Shown here one piece after another: positions 51,116 through 63,535 of a DNA stretch of 64,000 nt. Numbering within the stretch: the stretch's first letter is position 1; each line of letters begins with the position of its first letter. The translations under genes were made by a program, and so were the position numbers. The notes under the pieces were generated by a model. The model did not search any database, was not told the DNA's origin, and worked only from the letters and a program-made list of their open reading frames with translations. The DNA comes from Octopus sinensis (Eukaryota). The stretch lies in assembly GCF_006345805.1 (NCBI RefSeq), contig NC_043024.1, positions 19,530,001 to 19,594,000 of the forward strand, read 5' to 3'.

Positions 51116-51905
51116 ATATTGGCATGGAAAGTGTGACGTTAAACTCTGAACCTGTTCCCAAGAGATCATGCAACGTGTGAAATACAGATGAGTTATTCGT
51201 TTGCATGTTTTCCTCAATAACCTTATCCGTGTTTATATGCATGCTTGTGTGTGTGTGTGTGTGTGTGTGTGATACATCCTTACTATTTGCCAAACCATTA
51301 AAGAGATCATAATTTCTCATTATTCATTGATATCCCTATTGAATTCCCCAACAATTTAATCAATTCCATTCCAAAATGACATCAGGACGAATGAAATTTA
51401 ACACGATCTTGTGATCCCTTCTCATACTTGTTCATCCATTTTGTTTGAAATCTGTTTTTATTCATGTATTCTGAAAAAGAACATCTGCATTGTTATTCCG
51501 TACGATCTCCCCTTTGTCTGTGGAGTTAAAATGACTAGCGATGGGGTTGGAGCGATGGACATTATTGCCAAGAACATGGCACCAGGAATCCCAGAGATCC
51601 TGTTTTTATCATGTTTTATGTAATAAATTGTGACTCTCATTCTTTGTATCCCCTAAACTAAGGCCCCTCTCCTTTGTTGCCTCCTTCCCCTATGTCTCTT
51701 CACTAACATGAAGCTTTATATACAGAATTTGTATACACATACATATATTTATACACACACACACACATATACACATGTATACATGTATACACATGTATAT
51801 ATACACATATACACATGTACATGCAGAAAAATACACACATGTTTATATCATCATCATTGCTTATGTATCAATACACACACATGTATATAGGTATGTGTCT
51901 ATCTA

Positions 51906-51965
<60 letters not shown>

Positions 51966-52114
51966 ATATATATATACATATATATATACATACATACACA
52001 TATATATATATATCTACATATACATATATGCATATATATATATCTACATATACATATATGCATATATATACATACATATACATATATACATATATATATA
52101 TATACATACATATA

Positions 52115-52164
<50 letters not shown>

Positions 52165-52177
52165 CACACACACACAC

Positions 52178-52212
<35 letters not shown>

Positions 52213-52481
52213 CACATATATATGTATATACACATACACATACACATATACACATGCATGTACATGTGTGTTTGTATACATAAAGTTAACTACATTCTGA
52301 TCTCTTTGAGGAATTTCCACGAAGAAATAATGGGATATTATCCAAGATCATGCAATCGTTCTGAAATACCCCGTAGCCAAAGGCACCAATTTCCTGCTAA
52401 TTTATTGGAAAATTCCAACCAGGAACCAGGATAATGAATCCGTACTAGGGATTAACAAAATGGAGGACACTCGGAAAACAA

Positions 52482-52511
52482 CATCATCAGCATCATCATC
52501 ACCATCACCAC

Positions 52512-52565
<54 letters not shown>

Positions 52566-52572
52566 CATCACC

Positions 52573-52603
<31 letters not shown>

Positions 52604-52767
52604 ACATCATCATCATCATCAACATCATCATCATCATCATCACCATCACCACCATCATCATCATCATCATCATCTTCACCATCATCATCATCATCATCAT
52701 CACCATCATCATCTTCACCATCATCATCATCATCATCATCACCATCACCACCATCATCATCTTCATC

Positions 52768-52798
<31 letters not shown>

Positions 52799-52825
52799 AC
52801 ACATCATCATCATCATCATCTTCAC

Positions 52826-52863
<38 letters not shown>

Positions 52864-52932
52864 CCACCACCACAATCATCATCATCCTCATCACCACCAC
52901 CATCATCACCATCATCATCATCATCATCATTA
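52482..52932. repeat. (CAT/CAC)n trinucleotide array
   Basis: Direct reading. Confidence 0.95.
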
Positions 52933-53011
52933 GTAGAAAACGAATCGTTTGTGCAGGTCGTTCGGCAAAAAAACTGAACACTCATACATCATCTTTGACG
53001 GAAGAGTCCAT

Positions 53012-53627
53012 TATATGTGTGTATGTATGTATATGTGTATGTGTATGTATGTATGTATGTATGTATGTGTGTATGTATATGTGTATGTGTATGTATGCAT
53101 GTATGTATGTATGTGTGTATGTATGTATGTGTGTATGTATGTATGTATGTATGTATGTGTGTATGTATGTGTGTATGTATGTATGTGTGTATGTATGTAT
53201 GTATGAATGTATGTGTGTATGTATGTGTGTATGTATGTATGCATGTATGTATGTATGTGTGTATGTATGTATGTGTGTATGTATGTGTGTATGTATGTAT
53301 GCATGTATGTATGTATGTGTGTATGTATGTATGCGTGTATGTATGTATGTGTGTATGTATGTGTGTATGTATGTGTGTATGTATGTATGTATGTATGTAT
53401 GTGTGTATGTATGTATGTGTGTATGTATGTATGTGTGTATGTATGTGTGTATGTATGTGTGTATGTATGTATGTGTGTATGTATGTATGTATGTATGTTT
53501 GTATGTATGTATGTATGTATGCATGTATGTATGCATGTATGTGTGTATGTATGTATGTGTGTATGTATGTATGTGTGTATGTATGTATGTATGTATGTAT
53601 GTATGTATGTATGTATGTATGTGTGTA

Positions 53628-53662
<35 letters not shown>

Positions 53663-54148
53663 ATGTATGTATGTGTGTATGTATGTATGTGTGTATGTAT
53701 GTATGTATGTATGAATGTATGTATGTATGTATGTATTTATGTATGTATGTATGTATGTGTGTGTGTATGTATGTATGTATGTATGTATGTGTGTATGTAT
53801 GTATGTATGTATGTACGTACATACGTATGTATGTTTGTATGTATGTATGTACGTATGTATGTGTGTATGTATGTATGTGTGTATGTATGTATTTGTGTAT
53901 GTATGTATGTGTGTATGTATGTATGTATGTATGTACGTACGTACGTATGTATGTTTGTATGTATGTATGTATGTATGTGTGTATATATATATATATATAT
54001 GTGTATATATGTATGTACGTGCGTGTATGTATGTGTGTATGTGTGTATGTATGTATGTATGCATGTACGTGCGTGTATGTATGTATGTGTGTATGTATGC
54101 ATGTGTGTATGTGTGTGTGTATGTATGTATGTATGTATGTGTGTATGT
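53012..54148. repeat. ~1.1-kb (TATG)n/(TG)n array
   Basis: Direct reading; source of the 200-380-aa false ORFs. Confidence 0.97.
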
Positions 54149-54149
54149 G

Positions 54150-54686
54150 CTACTGGTAACATGTAACCCAGTACAACCTGTTGCATGGTCGGGTCGTCGG
54201 CGACTAAACCGGCAACCCCACCAAGCTTGCTTGGTGAGAGGGGGTGTTTATTGGACACCCTGCGGGATGAAAAACAAAACCGTCAAAGGGCGGAGGAACT
54301 CTTGAAGTCAATGGCCATCCAATAAATGTCTTAAGGCTGTATCATGCACGGGGACATAGAAATAATCGGACTGAATACCCGATCGCGTGGTTAAACCATT
54401 GGGAGTGAAGGACTCCTAGCCTTTGTTAGGGCACCCTTCCAGGAGAAGGTAACTCAGGTAACTGGGATAATTCCGACATAAAACCTGCGGCTCAGTGGTT
54501 ACCGATGATGTTGACTTGTTCTTCTTTTCGGATTATGGCTGCTGTTGCTTAGTGAGTGGGATTCATTCAGTGCACAGCCTTTCCTCACTTTAAAAAAAAT
54601 TTTTGTTGCACAGGCATTGCATGATAACAACATTGATTAAGCTTCGTGCAATGGCCATACTCGATAACAAAAGGGCAGCCACTACC
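54150..54686 (+). mobile_element. possible LINE (RTE-like) 5' UTR or unclassified retroposon fragment
   Basis: GC- and CpG-richer island between two TATG arrays; motif gggcacccttccaggagaaggtaactc recalls RTE 5' UTRs; hairpin caccaag-cttg-cttggtg. Confidence 0.3.
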
Positions 54687-54687
54687 A

Positions 54688-54962
54688 TGTATGTATGTAT
54701 GTATGAATGTATGTATGTATGTTTGTATGTATGCATGCATGTATGTATGTATGTATGTATGTATGTATGTATGTATGTATGCATGTATGTATGTATGTAT
54801 GTATGCATGTATGCATGTATGCATGCATGCATGTATGCATGATGCATATGTTATATATGTATGTTTGTACATATGTATGTATGCATGTATGTATGCATGT
54901 ATGTATGTATGTATGTATGCATGTATGCATGCATGCATGTATGTATATTTGTATGTTTGTAC

Positions 54963-54993
<31 letters not shown>

Positions 54994-55018
54994 TGTATGT
55001 ATGTATGTATGTTTGTAC

Positions 55019-55049
<31 letters not shown>

Positions 55050-55300
55050 TGTATGTATGCATGTATGTATGTATGTATGTATGCATGTATGCATGCATGC
55101 ATGTATGTATATATGTATGTTTGTACATATGTATGTATGTATGTATGTATGCATGTATGTATGTTTGTACATATGTATGTATGTATGTATGTATGTATGC
55201 ATGCATGCATGTATGTATGTATGTATGTATGTATGCATGTATGCATGCATGCATGTATGTATATATGTATGTTTGTACATATGTATGTATGCATGCATGC
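54688..55300. repeat. (TATG)n/(TGCA) array with higher-order unit tatgtttgtacatatg
   Basis: Direct reading. Confidence 0.95.
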
Positions 55301-55764
55301 ATGTCTTTCTCTTTCTTATATCGAAGACTGTTCAGCCTAACATAATGTTCTTTATTTAAGTGTTAGTGTGTGTGTGTATGATAGGATGGTGATTTGGCTG
55401 TTACTTCTAGTAAATAAAACGACTTCTTAGAGGCTTTTCTAATTCGTTGTTGCTTCCATGAACTTACCTGGATTGAAAAGACATACTTTATGTTGTTGTT
55501 TTTTGTTTTAATCTCGGTATTTTCTGCAAGGATGCTATTTTCTTAATTATGTATTAATTATACATTAATTGTCGAGTTAGAACAAAATTAATTATATGAT
55601 TATATAATACTAATTATATAATTATAAGTGGAATAGTTGTGCTTTAAAACTGGGTTTAAATCAGTCATCCATAGGCTAGCATAATCAATTACTTATAACA
55701 TAGCTTAACGAAAAATAGAGAAGTTATTATTATTACTATAATTATCATAATTATTGTTAGTAAT

Positions 55765-56700
55765 TAAGCTGGCAGAATCATTTGCATGCTGGGCAAAATG
55801 CTTAGCGGTATTTCGTCTGCCGCTACGTTCAGAGTTCAAATTCCGCCGAGGTCGACTTTGCTTTTCATCCTTTCGGGGTCGATTAAATAAGTACAAGTTA
55901 CGCACTGGGGTCGATATAATTGACTTAATCCGTTTGTCTGTCCTTGTTTGTCCCCTCTGTGTTTAGCCCCTTGTAGGTAGTAAAGAAATAGATATTTCGT
56001 CTGCCGCTACGTTCTGAGTTGAAATTCCGACGGGGTCGGCTTTGCTTTTCATCCTCTCGGGGTCGATTAAATAAGTACCAGTTATGCACTGGGGTCGATA
56101 TAATCGACTTAATCCATTTGTCTGTCCTTGTCCTCTCTGTGTTTAGCCCCTTGTGAGTAGTAAAGAAATAGGTATTTCACCTGTCACTACGTTCTGAGTT
56201 CAGATTCCATCGAGGTCAGCTATACCTTTTATCCTTTCAGGGTTGATAAATTAAGTACCAGTTACGCACTGGGGTCGATGTAATTTACTGTCCCCTTTCT
56301 TTTGAGGCATTTCACCCATCTTTACGTTCTGAGTTCAAATTCTGCTGAGGTTGACTTTGCTTTTCACTTTTTCAGGGTCCATCAAATAAGTACCAGTTGT
56401 GCACTGGGGTTGATGAAATCAACTAGCCCCCTCCCTCAAAATTTCAGGCCTTGTGCCTCTAATAGAAAGTATTATTATTGTTATTGAGTTAGGTGGTGAG
56501 CTGGCAGAATCGTTTACATGCCAGGCAAAATGTTTAGTAGTGTTTGTTGTCTCATTCCGAGTTCAAATTCTGCTGATGTCGACTTTGCCTTTCATCCTTT
56601 CAGGTTGATAAAGCAAGCACCAGTTGAACACTGAGTTCTATGTAATCAACTTACTCCCTCTGCCGAAGTTGCTGGCCTTGTGCCAAAATTTGAAAACATC
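55765..56700 (+). mobile_element. SINE family C multimer followed by C2 copies
   Basis: Headed unit plus headless units joined at aaagaaata|g(g/a)tatttc; C2 ends at ~56480 and ~56700. Confidence 0.85.
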
Positions 56701-56789
56701 ATTATTATTATTAGAATTGTTCCCCCACTCAGCAAAATGCTTAATTGCATTTCTTCAGTATTAATGTTTTAATTTCAAATTCTGCTGAG

Positions 56790-57207
56790 ATGGAAACTGC
56801 AGTTGTGATCCCTATGCCGGTGACACGTAAAAAGCACCATCCGAACATGGCCGTTGCCAGCGCCGCCTAGACTGGCTTCCGTGCTGGTGACATGTACAAA
56901 GTACCATCTGAACGTGGCCGATGCCAGCGTCGCCTTGACTGGCTTCCGTGCCGGTGCCACGTAAAAAGCACCAATCTGATCGTGGCCATTGCCAGCCTCC
57001 CTTGGCACCTGTGCAGGGGGCACGTAAAAAGCACCCATTACACTCTCGGAGTGATTGGTGTTAGGAAGGGCATCCAGCTGTAGAAACACTGCTAGATCAG
57101 ACTGGAGCCTGGTGCAGCCTTCTGGCTTCCCAGACCCTGTTCGAACCGTCCAACCCATGCTAGCATGGAGAACGGACGTTAAACGATGATGATGATGATG
57201 ATGATGC
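56790..57207 (+). mobile_element. RTE 3' UTR fragment (family D)
   Basis: Subrepeats, D core and (GAT)n tail. Confidence 0.9.
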
Positions 57208-57325
57208 TGGACTTTGCCTTTGATCCTTTAAGGGTTGATAAAATAATTAACACTTGAGTACTGTGGTCGATGCAATTGACTTACCCACTCCCCTGAAATT
57301 GCTGGCCTTGTGCCAACATTTGAAA

Positions 57326-57375
<50 letters not shown>

Positions 57376-57398
57376 TATTATTATTATTATTATTATCA

Positions 57399-57435
<37 letters not shown>

Positions 57436-57454
57436 CATTATTATTATTATTATT

Positions 57455-57937
57455 GAGTGAGCGAGCAGAGCATGCCATCAAAGTGACACTGGGGTAAAAT
57501 ATACTAAGCCCAGTATACCCATCATGACTACCCGTCTGATAAGGGTACACCAGGCACATGCATCACAACCATATGTGCGCGACATGGTGATCTCATATCA
57601 AGATAAACAGCACATGACCTTGCAGGTGGGGCCCAGTTAGAATTTTCTTCAGATCGAGTAACCCATCCCGCTCAAAAGGTCCCTGAATAAGGGTTGTTTA
57701 AGGATGTTGAACGAAACACCCCTGTTTCCAGAGGTGAATTATTCAAACCCCAAAGAATTCCTCTCAACACATGGCTATGATGCTCCCCCACTACTTCTGC
57801 TTGTGATCAGAGATGCACATATCGTCAGCCACTAAGGGACATGCTCAACTGGTTAAGGTCAAACAACTCACAAGCAAATCTGTGGTATTGAGCAGAATAT
57901 TTGCTGTAGCCCATCTTTTATACCAAGACAAAACAAT
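57455..57937 (-). mobile_element. family F retroposon, copy 2, in (TAA)n
   Basis: Matches 6226-6712; 5' end about 50 bp shorter; (ATT)n on both sides. Confidence 0.8.
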
Positions 57938-57974
<37 letters not shown>

Positions 57975-58230
57975 CATTACTATCATTATTATTATTATTA
58001 TTATTGTCTTACTTCTCTGAGCACTTGGTCTTGTTTGTTCTGGTTGATTCTGTGAGAGCGGACAGCATCCTGTTGTCAGAGTTCTCATAGGGTCTCTTTC
58101 TGCAAATTATTATTATTATTATTATCATGAGTATTATTATTATTAATACTACCACCATTACTACTGTTATTATTACTATTATTATTTCTTCAATTATTAT
58201 CAGTATTATTGTTGTTATAGTTTCAGTTAC

Positions 58231-58266
<36 letters not shown>

Positions 58267-58268
<2 letters not shown>

Positions 58269-59212
58269 TATGTTTGACTTTTGCTTTATATTTGTACAAG
58301 TTGGCTCCAAGTCTCGCCCAGAGACCTCAAGAGACAACAGGGTTGGAAGTTCATGTTGTTGTTATGCCTAGTGTGCCATATATTTGGGGGGTGGGGATGT
58401 TGTACTAATGAATGTCTAAAAAAAAAAAAAAGTTTTTTTTTTTTTTTTTTAAACCGAAAATTATGGTTGTTTTAAACCTTGAGGTTACATAGAGAGTATT
58501 TTGCGTAGGATATGAGCAGTTCCCATGAGCACTATCCTTTGAACTTCTGCCATTTTTGGGTTTCCTGGTATCTGAGTTAGGTAGCTATCAGCCCCTTTTG
58601 CTATCATTCCCAGGGCACCTATGACAACAGGTATTGTTTTAGTCTTCAGCTTCCACATTTTGCTGATTTCTATTTCAAGATCTTTATATTTGCTCAGTTT
58701 TTGGTAGGTCCTGACAGATACGTTTATATCGATTGGGACAGTTTTTGGTAGGTCCTGACAGATACGTTTATATCGATTGTTTGAAGTCTTTCAATATGAT
58801 GTCTGGCCTATTTGCATCTATCTTCCTGTCAGTTTGAATGGTGAAGTTCCAGAGGAGTGAGATGTGGTCATTTTCAAGCACTGGGGGTGGTTTGTGTTCC
58901 CACCAGTTTTTTTCATGGGGCAAATCCAGGTTTTTACAGATTACCCAGTGAATATATTGTGCAGCTCTATCGTGCTTGTTGAGATACTCTGTAGGCGCTA
59001 GAAGACTGCACTTGGAGACCACATGGTCAATGGTTTCATTTTGTTGCTTGCATACACGACACGTTGGACTGCTTCTGATCTTTAATATGTTGGCCTGGTA
59101 GTTTCTTGTTGGTAGGCATTGATCTTGAGCTGCTATGATAAACCCCTCTGTTTCAGATTTTAAGCCAGAGGCCATTAGCCATTGATGGGTCTAGCCATTG
59201 ATGGGTCAGGGC

Positions 59213-59215
<3 letters not shown>
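58267..59215 (-). mobile_element. R4/Dong-like RLE retrotransposon 3' fragment (CCHC finger plus endonuclease) in (TAA)n
   Basis: MASGLKSETEGFIIAAQDQCLPTRNY..CRVCKQQNETIDHVVSKC..HDRAAQYIHW..TDRKIDANRPDII, then KLSKYKDLEIEISKMWKLKTKTIPVVIGALGMI...HILRKILSM* (stop 58485-58487); 3' UTR runs into (AAT)n. Confidence 0.93.
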
Positions 59216-59261
<46 letters not shown>

Positions 59262-59394
59262 CATTATTATTATTCTTATCATTATTATTATTATTATCAT
59301 TTTTATTATCATTATTATTATTATCATTATTATTATTATTATTATTATTATCATTATTATTATATTATTAATATTATTATTATTATTATTATTA

Positions 59395-59434
<40 letters not shown>

Positions 59435-59563
59435 AATTATTATTATTATTATTGTTATTATTATTATTATCATCATTATTATTATTATCATCATTATTAT
59501 TATTATTATCATTATTATTATTATTATCATTATCATTATTATTATCATCATTATTATTATTAT

Positions 59564-59597
<34 letters not shown>
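59215..59597. repeat. (ATT)n/(AGT)n array
   Basis: Direct reading. Confidence 0.95.
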
Positions 59598-59598
<1 letters not shown>

Positions 59599-59808
59599 AG
59601 TAAATCTGTAGTTGATATAAAAGGCTCAGAATTTTGTCTCCTTCCTTTATACGGCAATCCCTATGATGATATATAATATTTCGTAATTAAAGGGATGTCT
59701 GTTGTGCCTGGTAGACTGCCAGTCTGTTTAGAACAAAAACCAAAGAATGGAATTACCAGCCTTTCCTGTTTTCGGTATATCCTACAACACGGAACAATTA
59801 TGGATATG

Positions 59809-60084
59809 TTATGAGCCAAACTGGAACTGTTGCAAACGGTTCCAAGCTAATTCTTGTTTGTTTTGTTTTGTTTTATTATATATTTTTTGTTTTATTTTTA
59901 AATTCATTGTTTTGAGAGTAGCGTAAGAAATGAAGAAAAATAGACTCTTCGGAAATGGAATTTTAATATGATTGCAATTATTAATCATTTTGGATTTCCT
60001 ATTTTGTTTCCAAGACCGTTTTCGCAGTCTATGCAGAATTTTCTCTGCTTGTGCAAGTCTTGTATAGTAATGTTTTAAAACTGA
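59809..60084 (-). CDS. candidate coding exon of an unidentified gene
   Basis: Strong acceptor ttttgtttttaatttttgcag|TCA; only phase 0 is open: SVLKHYYTRLAQAEKILHRLRKRSWKQNRKSK...; no recognised homology and no good donor before the stop. Confidence 0.25.
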   Translation of the reverse strand, partial: SVLKHYYTRLAQAEKILHRLRKRSWKQNRKSKMINNCNHIKIPFPKSLFFFISYATLKTMNLKIKQKIYNKTKQNKQELAWNRLQQFQFGS

Positions 60085-60617
60085 CTGCAAAAATTAAAAA
60101 CAAAAAATACCAAAGATAAAACTCCTAAAAACGTTTTTTTTTTTTGCGCAATAATATTTTTATAATCAAGATAATTTTAGAAAGCTGTTGAAGTTTTTCT
60201 CATACATAAAACATAGAATTTCGTTTTTCATTTCTTTATTTTATAAATTCTTTTTTTGGGTTTCTTTTTCAACCATTATTTGGAACTGTGATGGCACAAA
60301 GAAAGAAAATATTTAAAATATTTCTTGAAAGACAAAGACAATTTTTAATTATTTAGTTAATTTAGATTATTACAATGTCTGTCAGAATATTACACACTAA
60401 GTTCTTGTCCATTGTAGAGATTTCATGGGGTACATCAGTGTCAAGAGGTCATAAGGTCTCCATGACAAAAGACTGATAAATTTTCTTGTACCACTGGAAC
60501 TGTTCCACTTTACAGGTTCCTCATAAAGAAATTTCTAAATTTCAAGCCATCATTTTATGGATCCCTAACCCTAACCTACCAGCACAAAGCATAAGGTCAT
60601 GTAGATAAAGGTAATGT

Positions 60618-61113
60618 GAGCTGGCATAAACGTTAGCATACCGGGCAAAATTTTTACTGGTATTTTGTCTGCTGTTACGTTCTGAGTTCAAATTCCACTG
60701 AGGTCAACTTTGCCTTTCATCCTTTCAGGGTCAATTAAATAAGTACCAGTTACGCACTGGGGTTGATATAATTGACTTAATCCATTTGTCTCTTCTTGTT
60801 TGTCCTCTCTGTGTTTACCCCCTTGTGGGTAGTAAAGAAATAGGTATTCCGTCTGCCACTACATTCTGAGTTCAAATTCCACCAAGGTCGACTTTGCCTT
60901 TCATCCTTTCGGGGTCGATAAATTAAGTACCAGTTATGCACTGGGGTCGATGTAATCGACTTAATCCATTTGTCTGTTCATGTTTGTACCCTCTCTGTTT
61001 AGCCCCTTGTGGGTAGTAAAGAAATAGGTATTTCACCTATCACTACGTTCTGAGTTCAAATTCTGCTGAGATTGACTTTGCCTTTCATCCTTTCGGGGTC
61101 GATTAAATAAGTA
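60618..61113 (+). mobile_element. SINE family C multimer (two units plus a truncated third)
   Basis: Junctions aaagaaata|ggtatt at ~60842 and ~61027. Confidence 0.85.
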
Positions 61114-62029
61114 CAGTTTTCTTTGGATTTCGCTGAGATTGGACACGCTGATCAATTGTGGACACAGAGTGACATTAAGGGGAGAGAAATAAACAAACAT
61201 CACTCTCACCATGTTGAGGAACACCCAAAAGTTTGACTGTGATTTCAGACAGTCCTGTATGTAGGGGTATGCTGAAAGCGTTAACCAGGTATAATCCCTT
61301 CCGAACCAGATATAACATCTTAATGGGTAATAGTTGGCACAGGGAACATAGAAGATTTTATCACAAGGTCAGAAGTGGGCTTAACTTCAACACGGAAAAC
61401 ACAAGCAATGCTGGGTCCAACAGCTAGTCTCCACATAAAGCCATGTCCCTACTTCCTACTATACTTCCATTGAATTAAAGGGCTTTTATCTTTCTTTTGC
61501 CAGCTACTAGGCCACCTCACTAGTGTTGGTGCCATGCAAAAGCACTTGGTACACTTCGTAAAGGGGTTGGCATTAGGTAGGGCGTTTGGCCATAGAAACC
61601 ATACTGACGCAGACATAAGAGTTTGACAAAGTCCTCCAACATGCTGGATTCTACCAAACTGTCCGGCCCATGCAAGCATGGATGGACATTAAATAATGAT
61701 GGTGATTATGATGCTTTTCCTAGCACTGGCCTTCATCTGTTTTTTCAAGTAAGGGATGTTTTATTCCACTGCCTTTTGAAAGAGCAGAGTTGGTGTTAAC
61801 AGAGAGTATAAGCATCACACCACTGTTCCACTCAAGTTGTGACACATAGAGACTTACATGCACACATGCACACACACACATATGGCAGGCTTCTGTACAG
61901 TTTCCATTTTCTAATTTCACTCATAGAGCATCGGTTATGCCAGAACCATTGCAGAAGATAGAAGAGATGCTTACACAACGTACCACAAAGCTGCAGACCT
62001 AACTTCATACCCACTTGGCCATGCCTGAA

Positions 62030-62395
62030 TCATCACCATCATCACCATCATCTTCTTCTTCTTCTTCTTCTTCTTCTTCTTCTTCTTTTTCTTCTTCTTC
62101 ATTGTTTGCTTTCTTCTTCGTTTTCCTCTTCGTTTTCTTCTTCTTTCTTTCTTCTTCTTTCTTCTTCTTCTTCTTCTTCTTCTTTCTTCTTCTTCTTTCT
62201 TCTTCTTTCTTTCTTCTTCTTTCTTCTTCTTCTTCTTCTTCTTCTTCCTTTTAGTTCTTCTTTGCTTTCTTCTTCATTCTTCTTCATTCTTCTTCATTCA
62301 TCTTCTTCTTCTTCTTCTTCTTCTTCATTCATTCATTCTTCTTCTCTTCTTCTTCTTCTTCTTCTTCTTCTTCTTCATTCTTCTTTTTCTTCAAT
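62030..62395. repeat. (CTT)n array, probably the (GAA)n tail of the adjacent RTE
   Basis: Direct reading; abuts the 3' end of the minus-strand RTE. Confidence 0.9.
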
Positions 62396-62990
62396 CCTTA
62401 GCTGGCAACCAGAAGGGGTGGCTGATGTGGGTACTGCTGGATGACAAACTCTGCTGAGGATGTTATTCCATGCTTGCCAACCCATTCTGCTGGCATCAGC
62501 ACACACTCGAGGTCGAAGCTCTGCAACTTCAGGTCTACCTCAATTTGCTTCCACATGTCTTCTTTGATGTGTTGCATTGGATTCTTTGATGCATCGTCAC
62601 TGGCACCACAAAATTTGGTGTGATAGTCTTCTAGTGTTCATCCTGCAGATATGGCCAAACCACTGTAGCCAATGCTGGAGTTGGTCATCAATGGTCAGCT
62701 GCTGCTGTTGGCTTTGTTCCTGGATGTTGTTGCTTGAGATGTGGTCATGTAGGGAGACACCTATGATCTCATGACAATATTGCATCTGAAGCATCTCGAG
62801 TTTGTTCAGGCCTTGTTTGAAGACGGTCCAAGTCTCAGCACTGTTGAGGGTGACAGGCAAAACCAGCATGTGGAAAAGACAGATCTTGGTCCTTAGGGAG
62901 ATGTTGGGCTTCTTCCAGACACACCATTGAAGGGTTATGAACACAGAAGTGACAGACCTAATTCAGCAGGTGATCTCTACTCCTGAAACC
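62396..62990 (-). mobile_element. decayed RTE LINE 3' fragment
   Basis: WKKPNISLRTKICLFHMLVLPVTLNSAETWT...LQWFGHICRMNTRRLSHQILW (RTE AETW and WFGH..RM motifs). Confidence 0.88.
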
Positions 62991-63105
62991 ACTGTCTTCT
63001 CTGCAACCATCAACGAAACAAAATGAGAACAGTGAGATGTCACGTACCTTCAGCATAGAGTCATAGTGATGTGACCACAAAAACTTTGGAAACCCATTTT
63101 TTAAC

Positions 63106-63535
63106 CCATTAGAATTTAACCCTGCCACATCTGGCCAAAATACTCAATACATTTTATGTTCAAACTGGCTCCACCTGGCTTCTCACTCCTGCCCTACTAT
63201 GTCATTCTAAAAATAAACAATTTCATCATCAAAATCTCAAAGCTATGAAATTATGTATGATAAATTAAAAAGAATGAGATGAAATAAGCATTGCCTTTCA
63301 CAGAACAATCCGAATGCTAAAAGGTTAAACCAACCATATCAGACCCAAATATTTCAACCTGTTTTTATGTTCAGCCTAGCCACATCCAGCCTCTCACACC
63401 TACCTTACACTGTCATTCTACGAATAGACAACCCCATCATTGAAATCTCAAAGCTTCAAGATAAGACATGATTAATTCAAAGCAACGTGAATAAACAAGC
63501 ATTTCTTTGACAGAGTAATTTGAAAGCTGAAGAAT
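63106..63535 (+). mobile_element. two tandem piggyBac-type MITEs (family G)
   Basis: TTAA|CCCATTAG ... ctaaaagg|TTAA (63325-63328), followed by a second decayed copy with the same interior. Confidence 0.7.

Noticed and set aside
51458-51640. Protein-looking short ORFs on both strands
   Set aside because: No polypyrimidine acceptor or good donor, and no recognisable motif.
52982-55359. 200-380-aa ORFs (MYVC/HTYI repeats) on both strands
   Set aside because: Stop-free read-throughs of (TATG)n; the same applies to the TA/CA/TG ORFs throughout the track.
60516-60610. Plus-strand exon (ctttacag|...aag|gtaatg)
   Set aside because: All three frames contain stops.
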